DNA of 64,000 nt from Elusimicrobiota bacterium (GCA_023249675.1 JAHFCE010000016.1:247-64246); one strand, 5' to 3'. Counted from the first letter of the stretch, positions 11,801 to 19,772 are shown. Translations and numbers: made by a program. Notes: generated by a model not told the origin, from the letters alone.

Positions 11801-14800
11801 ATCGCCGCGACCGCCTCGGCATCGACCGAAGGATCGAAGATCACTCCAATATTCCACTCACTGCTGACCGTGATGAGGCCAATCTTCGCCCACCCGTTCG
11901 GGTCCGCGGCCGCCCGCGGAGCAGGCGCCGCCTGGGGCGCCGGCGCGGCCCGCTCTTCGGCGCGAGGCGTCGACGTCGTGCCCGTCAGGCGGGCGTGCAC
12001 GTCGGGAGAGATGGTGACGCGCTCGACGTCCGCGTCCCCGGCAAAAGTCCGGGCGATCTCGGCGGCCTCATCGGTGGTCCGGGCGGTGACGGCCCAGCCA
12101 AGCTCGGCCGCGTGCCGAGAGCTGAAGCTGTATCGGCTCAGGCGCTCGCGAATGCGCGCGACGTCAAGAACGGGGTTGAACACGATGCGGATCTCGTCGC
12201 GCCTGACTGCCGCGCGGACGAGCTTCGACTCCCAGCGGACACTCGCGCGCGGCGAGCCGACAGGCACGGGCACGGGCAGGGCCATCGCCGCATACAGCTC
12301 GGAGGAAACAACCACGGACTCAACCGCAGCGTCGCGGGCAATGCGGCGGGCGATGAGATTCGCGTTGGCGGGATTATCCAGGGTAACAGTGTAGACCTCC
12401 GAAGGCACCCCATGGATGTGTTGAAGACCATCAAATATCCGCCGCACATTGTCATCATTATTTGCGTTCGCCGCGAACGTGACGACTGCAAGACCGGGCG
12501 ACAGCTCCAAATCGCGCCTCACCTTGGCCATGGGATCCTGCACGGCGGGCGTTCCCTGGGAGACGGGAGTCCGAGGCTCTTGAGCCGCGTCGCCGCTTGT
12601 GGGCAGAAGGGAACGAACCAACGCTGAGACCATCACCGAAACCACATCCGAGCGCTCCGCAAGGGAGCGGGCGAGCTCGGCTGCTTCAAGCGGCGTGTTC
12701 GAGGTCGTCTCTACAGAATCTCCATGCAGCTCCCTTGGCGAGGGCAGACGGCTAGAGTTCCTGAGCGCGTCAAGCTGGCTCGCGAACACCGCGCGCACGC
12801 GCGCTTGAGAAATGAATCCGTCGCTCCTGATCTTCTCGATCCACGACGCGCCACGCGGCACAGCGTGGTCGTCCTGGAATATGCGGACAGGGGGCGAAAC
12901 CGTCGCCGTATACAGTTCGGGATGGACGGTCACGACGGCAACCGCGATGTCGCGGGCAAAGCTTTCCACTAGGCGGGTCGAGTCTCCGCGGCCCCCAAGG
13001 GTCACGCGATAGGTATTCGACGCAGTACTGGGCTCGGTGTGGTTGTAGTTAAGGCCCGCAAATATCCGCTGCACATCATGCCAGTTCGCGTCCTCAATAA
13101 AAGTGACATCGATGACGTCGCGTGCGATCCCGGCATCGGCCCTCACCTTGGCCATGGGATCCGGAGCGGGCGTCACCTCGGGCTCCGCGTCCTCTGACGC
13201 GGGCTCGTTCTCGGCGACCGAGCCTCCAGAGCGGGGCGCGGCCATCAGACTGACATAGAGCTCCGGCGGAGCAACGATATGCGCAACCGCGACGTCGCCG
13301 GCGACACGACGCACGATCTCGATGGCATCTGCGCGTTGGCCGACGAGGGTGACTTGATAGGCCGGCTGCCCCTGCCTGGGCTGGACGTAGCCGAGGTCGC
13401 GGAAGACCCGTTCGACGTCGCTTTGGTTGGCGTTCTCAACGAGCTTGACAAGGATGACATCCTGGGGGGACACCTCGGCGGCAGCCGTTACCTTGGCCAG
13501 CGGATTGGGCGGAACGCGCATCTCAGGCCCTACGACGATGCGCGCGACCGCGGGATCCTGGGCGATGCGAAACGCGAGGAGATGCACCTCGACGATGTTG
13601 TCGGGGAGCACGTGGAAACCAGACATCCAGCGCGTGAAGCGCAGGCCCGCGAACACCCGCTGCACATCCTCCTCATTTGCATTCTCTACAAGCATGACGG
13701 AGATGATCGCAGGCGACATCTCCGGATCGACCGTCACCTTGGCCCGAGAATCCTGCGGCGCGGCTGCGCCGCTGCCGGTCAGGACGCCGAACATCCCGAA
13801 AACGCCAAGGCCCCCGAACGCCGCCGCGGCGTGCGGCGCCCAGTCCGGGAATAGACCCATGCCCGCGCCCAAGCCCAAGGCCGCGAGCGCAGAAATAACC
13901 GCGCCCCCGGAACCGCCGGCGCCGCGTTCCTGAAGCTTCTCCGCTTCCTCAATAGCGTCCTTGAGCTTGCCCCGCTGGTGCTGGTTGTCCCAACGCGCGA
14001 AAATCTCGTGCTCCGTGAACCACTTCCGCAGACGCTCATAGAACGGCCCGTTGCGCGGGTCGGCGAGGACGGCCTTGATCTTCTCAAGCGAATCCTCGGG
14101 CATCGCCGTTTTCTTCAAGTGCTCGGCGGCTTTATCCGGATACTCCTTCATCAGGGCCTCGAGTTTCTGCTCGGCGGACAGGGCGCGGAACTCCTCCTTG
14201 GCCGTCATCTCGTCGACCAAGCTCTCGAGCGCGTTCTTCATCGCGTGCTCGGTCTCGAAGGCGGAGACCTCGCTCTGGAGCCCGAGGTCCTCGGAAATCT
14301 GCACGATCACAGCGCTCCACTGGCTCATCAGCTCCATGAGGTCGCTCACGGCGGCCTCGGAGCGGACCTTTTCATGGATGCACCAGTAGTCGTAGGAGCA
14401 CGGCAGCGCCAGGAACAGCAGCGGCAGACCGAGGCCGAAGGAGAAGTACGCCGCCGCATAAAACGCCGCGAGCGCTGTGAACGTCACGGTGTTGGCGAGT
14501 CGATTGACGCCCTTCTGCGTGCGCACGCCCATCGAATCGGCAAGCCAGGTCAGGATGTTGGACGGGCCTTCATAAAGCCTGCGGAACACGCTTTGATATC
14601 CGCGTTGGACGCGCGGATTGAACACCCACTTGGTGTAGGCCCCTTCCGGAAAGACGCTCGCGAGGATCTTGCCGCCGTCAAGCTGGGGCAAGGGCAGCAT
14701 GTTGAACGCCGAGAGGGCCAAGTTCATCTTCGCCAGGCCCAAGGCCACGACGGCCAGCACGCCGCCCGCGGGCAACAGCGCCGCCGCGGCGAACGCGAGG

Positions 14801-15882
14801 CCCGCGATCAGGAGGTTCGTCGCGGGACCGGCCGCGGCGACCCAGAAAGCGTTGCGCGCCGAGCGCGGTCCGCCGAACGGAGAGTGCAGATTGTTAAAGT
14901 CCGCGTCCACGGGCTTGCCCGCGCCGAGCAAAATCGGAAACGGCAGCAGGAAACTTGAGAGCGCGAGCGACAGCGCCGGCACGATCACGGTCTTGACCGC
15001 GTCGATGTGGGCGAGAGGATTGAGGCTGTGAGACCCGGCGTGCTCGGCGGTGCGGTCGCCGAGGCGGTGGAGCACCGCGATGTGGGAGATCTCATGCGCC
15101 AGGACGGAAACGACCAGCCCGACCGCGAGTGTCAGCACCGGCACGGCGCCGAAGTGGATCGCAACGGCGACGGCGGCGGCGACGGACAGCGGAGCCACGA
15201 CCTTCGCCCACAGCGGCAGGACGAGCGAGCGGCGGATCTCGCCAACGCGGCGCGCGGCCTCGGGGGTCGGGATCGCACGGTCGTTGACGATCGCGGCCAC
15301 GCGAAGCGCAGGCCTGGAAAGACCTACGCTGCGAAATAGGGCCGTCCGTGCTGCGATCGGCGCGAGCGCCTCGCCGCCGCCGCGGGCGGCGGAGCCGTCG
15401 AACGTCTCGGAGCCGGAGCGGCCAAGGAAGGTCCGTAACTTCTCCAGCACGGCGCGCAGCCCCGTCTTCTTCGAACCGACCCAGCGCGGGCCGGCCTCGG
15501 GAGCCGGATGAACTTCTTTCTTCACCCAGCGAGGACCCGCGTCGGCCGGGGCCGACTTCTTCGCGGGCGAGGCCGCAGCCGCCGGCGTCGCGGGACGCTC
15601 GCTCTCCTTGGCGGCGGCAGGCATGGCAAACCCCAGAGCCGAGGGCGCCGCGACGGGAGAGAGCGCGGGAACCAGCAGAGCGGGAACGACCGGGAGAGGT
15701 TGGACGCCGTTGGGAATCGAGGGCGTAAAACCCGCGCGCGAAGACGCGCCGGCCTCGGCGGATTGCCCCGCGCGGAACGTCTGCGCGGCGACGGGCATGA
15801 CGGCCGTCGTCACGAACAACGAGCCGCTCACGATCACGGCCACGGCGGACTTCAGCGTCCTGGTTAAACGCAACGAGGTCAT
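5842..15882 (-). CDS. 3346-aa protein: signal peptide, Pro/Ala linker, M50 site-2 protease, 12 tandem repeats, ClpB/ClpC-type double AAA+, helical C-terminus
   Basis: HEISH at aa 263 (15096-15082) and NMLPLPQLDGG (M50); Walker A GEAGVGKT (9873-9850) with LMDEIQK; GPTGVGKT (8805-8782), RLDMSEYME, LFDEIEKAHP, RPEFLNRLD, YGARPM. Confidence 0.9.
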   Translation of the reverse strand: MTSLRLTRTLKSAVAVIVSGSLFVTTAVMPVAAQTFRAGQSAEAGASSRAGFTPSIPNGVQPLPVVPALLVPALSPVAAPSALGFAMPAAAKESERPATPAAAASPAKKSAPADAGPRWVKKEVHPAPEAGPRWVGSKKTGLRAVLEKLRTFLGRSGSETFDGSAARGGGEALAPIAARTALFRSVGLSRPALRVAAIVNDRAIPTPEAARRVGEIRRSLVLPLWAKVVAPLSVAAAVAVAIHFGAVPVLTLAVGLVVSVLAHEISHIAVLHRLGDRTAEHAGSHSLNPLAHIDAVKTVIVPALSLALSSFLLPFPILLGAGKPVDADFNNLHSPFGGPRSARNAFWVAAAGPATNLLIAGLAFAAAALLPAGGVLAVVALGLAKMNLALSAFNMLPLPQLDGGKILASVFPEGAYTKWVFNPRVQRGYQSVFRRLYEGPSNILTWLADSMGVRTQKGVNRLANTVTFTALAAFYAAAYFSFGLGLPLLFLALPCSYDYWCIHEKVRSEAAVSDLMELMSQWSAVIVQISEDLGLQSEVSAFETEHAMKNALESLVDEMTAKEEFRALSAEQKLEALMKEYPDKAAEHLKKTAMPEDSLEKIKAVLADPRNGPFYERLRKWFTEHEIFARWDNQHQRGKLKDAIEEAEKLQERGAGGSGGAVISALAALGLGAGMGLFPDWAPHAAAAFGGLGVFGMFGVLTGSGAAAPQDSRAKVTVDPEMSPAIISVMLVENANEEDVQRVFAGLRFTRWMSGFHVLPDNIVEVHLLAFRIAQDPAVARIVVGPEMRVPPNPLAKVTAAAEVSPQDVILVKLVENANQSDVERVFRDLGYVQPRQGQPAYQVTLVGQRADAIEIVRRVAGDVAVAHIVAPPELYVSLMAAPRSGGSVAENEPASEDAEPEVTPAPDPMAKVRADAGIARDVIDVTFIEDANWHDVQRIFAGLNYNHTEPSTASNTYRVTLGGRGDSTRLVESFARDIAVAVVTVHPELYTATVSPPVRIFQDDHAVPRGASWIEKIRSDGFISQARVRAVFASQLDALRNSSRLPSPRELHGDSVETTSNTPLEAAELARSLAERSDVVSVMVSALVRSLLPTSGDAAQEPRTPVSQGTPAVQDPMAKVRRDLELSPGLAVVTFAANANNDDNVRRIFDGLQHIHGVPSEVYTVTLDNPANANLIARRIARDAAVESVVVSSELYAAMALPVPVPVGSPRASVRWESKLVRAAVRRDEIRIVFNPVLDVARIRERLSRYSFSSRHAAELGWAVTARTTDEAAEIARTFAGDADVERVTISPDVHARLTGTTSTPRAEERAAPAPQAAPAPRAAADPNGWAKIGLITVSSEWNIGVIFDPSVDAEAVAAILADYRLRGFGPQLQVSSHEWKMSFFDMSRARELVRELAGDVRIRYVFVSPAVHDRLMGAVPAETVSESAPAPSVQPALPAKIVIHEGRIEHNTKTIRVKFIEGTAEADIHALLARHGLDVVLYSSHMQTLSAASAEQALEKAVALAAEASVEAVHIYRTAAAVVPVQQALPAKIASYSEVGHSDVKVLRVKFSAATSEADIHALVARHGLDVVAYSSYMQTLIAASAEQAREKALALAAEASVEAVHVHLAVAAMMTGQAPVRQAEPAPVPPADPNWAAKIVREEGMEGKIHVFDSSDDAEAFGAILAGYGAHENISAHAWKISVSDVRRAAEIAREIAGRMDVRSVGVAADVKRILLPPPTLPAKVTNHGKAEYGANVVLARFLSGTDEADIRAALSRHGQGTLYRQNDMYTVSAKSAEEARSTAVALAAEASVAAVKVHPNVATAMIEDAPPYPNAPSYDHVRAILVEFREDMSAEAIKDYAEVRRLRLVHPNFRGSERTALFEVPEGAGVRATLEMLADETAAPHSAAESVRPFQEQPGEPELSRRAPPAAVEESRPEVAAARRDPAQAWLEYLQNVTLSDGKSKLTDPQIQKLTVLLKPLAHQPDAPRPPIVSRNDEVKRMLPIVTSPRGMRNSVILVGEAGVGKTAVAEGLAEMIEDAEAAVAADSQAFLQFERLKGRWLVELDINKVLTDEDPVGLLSAILDLLPRFNTGGPSRGNDIIVLMDEIQKFFLDKAGQKIANTLKGPLRDGKISVIATTTSAEYKKFIETDDAFRRRFEKIDVAEPTVPQTIAILRAMKAWLQSLHDAVIPDEALVSAAKLADQFDKTNFNPDKAIKAVQDAAELSRPDNLRAAVTLDLRETWGEVVLAVNEARQALVDKGIASILALPVDLYNKIAALVAKAEALYAEREAVAEGKGQVTTDVVKRVIAAKTGIASGQLNLGEDDASRYTKMEEEIGRRVINQDPALTAIANAVRRNKAGLSNPNRPMGKFLLTGPTGVGKTYLAKELARFLFKDPNAMIRLDMSEYMEEHTVQRMTGAPPSYVGYEAGGQLTEAVRKKPYSVLLFDEIEKAHPKVFDVLLQILDDGRLTDGQGRTVDFKNTVIIMTSNGGMSGVDGEKYAKLLAKAENHNKIAEINKLWDEEIDLMVGASIKERFRPEFLNRLDEDPLSKNKWIRVNRLRPEDIAKIASIQLKEFAQLLIDRHDTEIQFDPSVVDFLAVEGYSPLYGARPMTAAIEKHIIDPLAQWILKEAEAGKKDVRGALIKVVYAEGKIAFAASPKPEKNTARATVQGASEAVAAELFALIERLSGDGTGEEPSENLFDKIMRKARPMTGKSSAGTADDAAASRTKAFFAPGMGLAVNGPTSNVDHNNAQKKDAAARFFAKGLIGAVPLLGWPADVLEALNGPVSGPGEGWIKLIIKLAKEQATKAGATSPVTVASYANKNVIQIAIGGAYTLSEDDQRVLEMHFSGAPAASYLEAQKKANGLNLSARLLWDHNLLDVYRRLAAIPGARMGFKTGPEGTQIWIEIKREAPAPAAEPKAVAAKSGDRPAATPHQVREMAKTRELLMTVIDQSRLQSHERDGHAIRIAAAEGYALLASPADLAAAREWIKAKGWVGDVEATMTWGGMIANAKATVGADWPLAMTAALILERFGGAEDVEMLENVARRVTDTTHYEVPVHGALVSALSAIYTRLGLAATRSALIRALSMQTGRSTDITDAAKRALGAVGMPVDIDSAQSDADGYLAMMRRLGREEELSRIFRDTALWGENSAEPVRQAALKLAGETETGDVALNRLKNMMKTQTSYSRTGYEMSRAWAAIVAREGLTRGLGDAMKRYLDACGVGNSSRDSSWPILYAYVAAAALAGGADTLGALEGLMNQSPGDVAPKNEQSYFSAPDAWARALIRSGKFEEYSRSQGLNTDGSPKPSKLQDMLTNRMRPMFAAAALRAIAYARNPSFSRRGAEPKGDLPDILPDDVPRS
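10195..13745 (-). repeat. 12 tandem ~80-90 aa repeats inside the giant protein (I9/fervidolysin prodomain-like pattern)
   Basis: Recurring AK(V/I)...V(K/T)F...D(V/I)...Y.V...A..A.LA....V..V pattern; repeats 8 and 9 nearly identical (ADIHALxARHGLDVVxYSSxMQTL). Confidence 0.8.
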
Positions 15883-16040
15883 TGGTTCTCTCTCCCGAGT
15901 ACCACTACAACGCCCTTCCCTTGCAGAGACAGGCAGATTCTAAGGAAGTGTTGATCTGAATCAATAGGGACCGAGGGCCCACAACGCGCGGAGATTTAGG
16001 CCCACGCTTGAACAGGCCTAATGGGAGGACTCAACGGCGC

Positions 16041-16190
16041 ACGTTGATATGGGCGGGGGCCGGCGGCGTGATGTCCGTCGGGACGGCGGGATTGACCCGC
16101 CTCCGGGTCAGACGCAACAACGACGCCCATGGTTGCGTCAGACCCAAGCCGCTCCGGACATCACGCCGCCGGCCCCCCTCATTTCAACGT
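16041..16190 (+). other. structured element copy 1 (long hairpin enclosing a three-way-junction motif)
   Basis: Outer arms ACGTTGA...GGCGTGATGTCCG / CGGACATCACGCC...TCAACGT; core AC-GGCGGG-ATTGA-CCCGCC-TCC-GGGTC..GACCC-AAG at about 16080-16148. Confidence 0.75.
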
Positions 16191-16260
16191 TCGCGCGTGT
16201 TCGTCGCTGCGCGACGTTGCGCTGATATGACGCACACAACGACGAGGAAACGCCTGAGAA

Positions 16261-16380
16261 GACGGACGCGGATTGATCTCCGCCGGGGCTTGGGTCGCGC
16301 GACCAGTGGCTCATGGTCGCGCAAGACCCGGAGCGCGGTCAATCCCGCGCGTCCCCGGCGGAGATCAATCCGCGTCCGTC
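16261..16380 (-). other. structured element copy 2, inverted relative to copy 1
   Basis: Perfect 28-bp IR 16261-16288 / 16353-16380; on the minus strand the core reads AC-GCGCGGG-ATTGA-CCGCGC-TCC-GGGTC..GACCC-AAG. Confidence 0.8.
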
Positions 16381-16393
16381 CCCCACATCGGCG

Positions 16394-16630
16394 TTACGCG
16401 CGAAGGCGGAGGATGACGCGGATGCCCGCGAGGTTGACCTTCTGCTCCATGAGCCCGCGGACGTCGCGCAGGCGTGCTAAGTCGGCGTCGTTGTACAGAC
16501 GCTGGCGGCCCTGCGTGCGCGAGGGCCGCAGCAGGCCGTGGCGCTCGATCCAGCGCAAGGTCCAGATCGGGATGCCCGTCAGGCGCGACGCGGCTCCGAT
16601 CGTGTAGACCGGGGTCGCCGTCGGTAGAGC
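16394..16630 (-). CDS. MerR-family HTH regulator (HspR/GlnR-like) lacking a canonical start codon
   Basis: Hand translation: ALPTATPVYTIGAASRLTGIPIWTLRWIERHGLLRPSRTQGRQRLYNDADLARLRDVRGLMEQKVNLAGIRVILRLRA*; not in the ORF track. Confidence 0.8.
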   Translation of the reverse strand, partial: ALPTATPVYTIGAASRLTGIPIWTLRWIERHGLLRPSRTQGRQRLYNDADLARLRDVRGLMEQKVNLAGIRVILRLRA

Positions 16631-16780
16631 CTACCCACGCGGGGGACGCCGCAGCCTGCGCGCCGGACGCGCGGCGGCGGCCGCCTCGGAGCGCGTGGCC
16701 TCCGAGCGGATCTTGACGTAGGGCGTCCAGGTCGCGGTTCTCTTCACGAACATCCAGGGCATCAGGTCCTTGGCGATCAT
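16631..16780 (-). CDS. 49-aa ORF in frame with, and separated by one TAG from, the MerR domain
   Basis: Strong RBS GAGGAGG 8 nt before ATG; MIAKDLMPWMFVKRTATWTPYVKIRS...RRPPRG*. Confidence 0.5.
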   Translation of the reverse strand: MIAKDLMPWMFVKRTATWTPYVKIRSEATRSEAAAAARPARRLRRPPRG

Positions 16781-16820
16781 GGGCTTGACCTCCTCAGAAC
16801 GTCTGGCGCGCTCAACTGTG

Positions 16821-16851
16821 AGTATATAATAGCTTAAATGATATTTGTCAA
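16821..16851 (-). promoter_or_regulatory. sigma70-type promoter for the small ORF/MerR unit
   Basis: TTGACA at 16851-16846; -10 either TATATA (17-bp spacer) or TATACT (19-bp spacer, typical of MerR-controlled promoters). Confidence 0.6.
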
Positions 16852-16915
16852 TAGGTTATCTAATAAATAATATCATGGGGTTCCGGCGCGTCCATTCTTT
16901 TGTTAGGATGAGGCT

Positions 16916-18274
16916 GTGAAGACGCTGCAGATCTATCTCGCCGACCTCAAGGAGCTGCTGGAAAGCCGCGACTTCGTCTCCGCGCGCACGCTTCTCAAGG
17001 AGATCGGCCCGATCGATCTCGCCGATGGCTGGGACCACTTCGACGCCGACGAGCGCGTCGCGATCTTCCGCCTCAGCACGCGGCAGAAGGCGATGCAGCT
17101 CTTCGAGGAGCTCGAAAGCCACCAGCAGGCCGCGCTCGTCGGCGGCCTGCAGCGCCGGGACGCCCAGGAGCTGCTCAGCGACCTCGATCCCTCCGCGACG
17201 AGCCGCATGATGCGCGATCTCCCCCAGCCGCTCGTGCGCCAGCTCAGTTCGATCATGAAGAAAGGCGGGCAGGAGTGCGTCCAGCAGTACCTCCAGCACC
17301 CCCCCGAGTCCGTCGGCGCGCTCATGCGCGGACGTTACATCACGCTCGACGAGAAGTGGACGACGAAAGCCGCGGTCGAGCGTATCCAGTACAGCACGCG
17401 CCTGCGCCGCATCGAGGAAACGCACCTCGACACCTTGATGGTCGTCGATTCCACGAACCATCTGCGCGGCGTCGTCGGCCTCAAATCCATCGTCGTTGCG
17501 CCCAAGGACATGCTCGTGCGCGAGCTGATGGATCAAGCACCCCGCACGTTGACGCCCGAGATGGACCAGGAAGAGGCGGTCAAGCTCTTCACCAAATACA
17601 AGCTCAAGAGCGCGCCGGTCGTCGACCAGGATGGGGCTTTGCTCGGCGTCGTGGTCTACCGCGACATCTTCGCGATCGCCCGGGCCGAGACCGAAGAGGA
17701 CTTCGCGAAGATGGCCGGCACGCAGACCGGCCTGCTCTCGCAGCCCGCGTGGCGCATCGCCAAGATCCGCCTGCCCTGGCTCGTCGCGACCTGCGCGGGC
17801 GAGATGCTCGTTTCAAGCATCATCAAGGGCCATGAGGAAACCCTCGCCCGAATCGTGGCGCTGGCAACCTTTATCCCCCTCATCGCCGCGATGGGCGGCA
17901 ACGTCGGAGCCCAGACCGCGACCGTCATGGTCCGCGGCCTGGCCACCGGGGAAATCGGCCGCGAGGACGAAGCCGAGGCCGTGGTCAAGGAAGTCGCCGT
18001 CGGCATGATGATCGGCGCCGTGTACGGCGTGCTGATCGGTTTCTGCGCGCACTTCTTCTACGGAGACCGCTACGGCTGGCCGTTCTCGGCGGTGGTAGGA
18101 TTTACGATGTTCATCTCGATGACGACGGCGGCCATGGCCGGCTCGATCGAACCCCTCGTCTTCCGCCGCCTCGGCATCGACCCGGCGACCGCGACCGGTC
18201 CGCTGATCACCACCTTCACCGACCTGCTCTCGACCTTGGTCTACTTCACGCTCGCCGCCAAGCTCCTCCTTTAG
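16916..18274 (+). CDS. mgtE: magnesium transporter MgtE
   Basis: N-domain, CBS pair, TM region with FIPLIAAMGGNVGAQT and GPLITTFTD. Confidence 0.95.
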   Translation: MKTLQIYLADLKELLESRDFVSARTLLKEIGPIDLADGWDHFDADERVAIFRLSTRQKAMQLFEELESHQQAALVGGLQRRDAQELLSDLDPSATSRMMRDLPQPLVRQLSSIMKKGGQECVQQYLQHPPESVGALMRGRYITLDEKWTTKAAVERIQYSTRLRRIEETHLDTLMVVDSTNHLRGVVGLKSIVVAPKDMLVRELMDQAPRTLTPEMDQEEAVKLFTKYKLKSAPVVDQDGALLGVVVYRDIFAIARAETEEDFAKMAGTQTGLLSQPAWRIAKIRLPWLVATCAGEMLVSSIIKGHEETLARIVALATFIPLIAAMGGNVGAQTATVMVRGLATGEIGREDEAEAVVKEVAVGMMIGAVYGVLIGFCAHFFYGDRYGWPFSAVVGFTMFISMTTAAMAGSIEPLVFRRLGIDPATATGPLITTFTDLLSTLVYFTLAAKLLL

Positions 18275-18910
18275 TCAGCCGCCGCGCGAGGCCAGGACGG
18301 CCAGAAAGTCGGGACCGGGCTCGGCCTTGAGCTCATAGCCCAGGTCCAAGTGAAGGGTGTGGGCGTGCAGCATCAAGCGTTTGGCCCCCCCAATAGGACG
18401 CGGCGGCGGCCCGTAGCGGGGATCGCCTAGAATGGGATGGGCTTCGGAACTGAAGTGAGCCCGGATCTGGTGCTTGCGGCCGGTCAAGGTCTCCACGCGC
18501 AGAAGCGTGGCCCCGTTCAAAGTCCGTTCCACGCGCCATTTCGTCACCGCCCGCTTTCCATCCGGAGCCGGGGCCACTCGCCCGGAGCTGAACTCGCGCA
18601 GAGGCTTGTCGATCTCTCCGCTGCCGGCCATGACTCCCAAAACGGCGACGAGGTAGTCCTTCCTCGCGCGGCGCTCCTCGAACTCCAGAGACAGCAGGCG
18701 GTGCGTCTGCGCGTCCTTGGCGAACACCAGGATGCCGCTCGCGTCGAGGTCGAGGCGATGCACCGTGAAAATCCTCTTGCGCAGGCGCCGCTCGATTTCG
18801 ATGTTGATCGCAATGCCGATCTCCCCGCGCCCCGGGATCGTGGGCAGCCCAACGGGCTTGTTGACGGCGATGATGCGGTCGTCCTCGAAAATGACGGGCG
18901 TTTCGATCAC
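18275..18910 (-). CDS. RluA-family pseudouridine synthase
   Basis: AVNKPVGL, VHRLDLDASG (catalytic Asp), LTGRKHQIRAH, GDPRYG, LMLHA; GTG start at 18910 inferred. Confidence 0.9.
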   Translation of the reverse strand: MIETPVIFEDDRIIAVNKPVGLPTIPGRGEIGIAINIEIERRLRKRIFTVHRLDLDASGILVFAKDAQTHRLLSLEFEERRARKDYLVAVLGVMAGSGEIDKPLREFSSGRVAPAPDGKRAVTKWRVERTLNGATLLRVETLTGRKHQIRAHFSSEAHPILGDPRYGPPPRPIGGAKRLMLHAHTLHLDLGYELKAEPGPDFLAVLASRGG

Positions 18911-18953
18911 AGGGAGGATATAGCAGGCGGACGGCAAACACGCCAGGGGTCCA

Positions 18954-19772
18954 CTAAGACTCCGCCGCCTCGAGCGCGGCCAGCGCGAGCAGCCAGCGCT
19001 CCTCGCACGAGACGTCCTCAAACGACTCGTAGGCGAGTTCCCCCGATGGGGCCTTCGCCAGGAGAGAGCGCGCCCCCCGCCCGCGCAGCGCTCCCGGCGT
19101 AAGGACGGCGAGCTCGGCTACCAGCGCCCGAAAATTGAGCTCGGCACTGTAGCTCATCTTGGGGCCGAGCGCTGTGTACTCGAACTCCGCGGCGAATATT
19201 CGAATGCGCCGCGCGGGCGCGGCGAAGACCATATCGATGAACGGCGTGCGCCGCTCCTCTGCCACCTGGCGCGTTTTCGCTTTGCCGCCCATCAGGGGCA
19301 GGCCGGTCGCCAAGGTCATGCCCAGGCGCACGGATTTCTCCGCAAGCGTGGGTCCCTCGGTCACCGTCTTAAGCGCGCTCTCCGTCACGACGCCCGCAGA
19401 CAGCACCTTCAAGTGCGTCCAGATGAGGCGCTCGCGTTGGGCGCCGCCGCGCCCGGCAAGCACGTCGAAGCCGTCGCCGGACAATTCTGCCTTGGTCACG
19501 GTAATCGCAACCGAAGGCTCCTCTAGGAGGCCGACGGGCACGGCGACGGCGGCAAGCCCCGCCGCGCTCAACGCCGCCGCGAGCGCCTCCGCCTCCTCGG
19601 CGGCGGACGGTTCCGCCACGATTCCCCAGGAACGCCGAACGACGGGAAGCCAGGTTTCCGCCGGCAGGCGCCCGCGGCCGGCCAAAATGGCCGCGACGGC
19701 CTTCGCGTCAAAGCGCGCCGGCGCGCGAAGCAACACAGCGTGCGGCGGCCGGGTGGCGCCCATTCCGGACAT
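18954..19772 (-). CDS. hypothetical protein
   Basis: 272-aa ORF with coding-like composition, contiguous with the RluA gene. Confidence 0.65.
   Translation of the reverse strand: MSGMGATRPPHAVLLRAPARFDAKAVAAILAGRGRLPAETWLPVVRRSWGIVAEPSAAEEAEALAAALSAAGLAAVAVPVGLLEEPSVAITVTKAELSGDGFDVLAGRGGAQRERLIWTHLKVLSAGVVTESALKTVTEGPTLAEKSVRLGMTLATGLPLMGGKAKTRQVAEERRTPFIDMVFAAPARRIRIFAAEFEYTALGPKMSYSAELNFRALVAELAVLTPGALRGRGARSLLAKAPSGELAYESFEDVSCEERWLLALAALEAAES

Noticed and set aside
5842-15882. Long plus-strand ORFs opposite the giant gene and similar overlapping ORFs in the GC-rich arms
   Set aside because: Antisense or alternate-frame shadows expected at high GC; no motifs
16008-16607. 199-aa plus-strand ORF
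   Set aside because: Arg/Pro-rich shadow over hairpins and antisense to the MerR domain
16394-16780. Genome-wide TAG recoding as the reason for the in-frame TAG
   Set aside because: rfbC, mgtE, glgB and others end normally at TAG
16041-16915. M-box riboswitch, hammerhead or HDV-like ribozyme for the structured elements
   Set aside because: No CUGAUGA/GAAA core, the HDV pseudoknot could not be completed, and the elements are over 500 nt from mgtE beyond an intervening divergent gene
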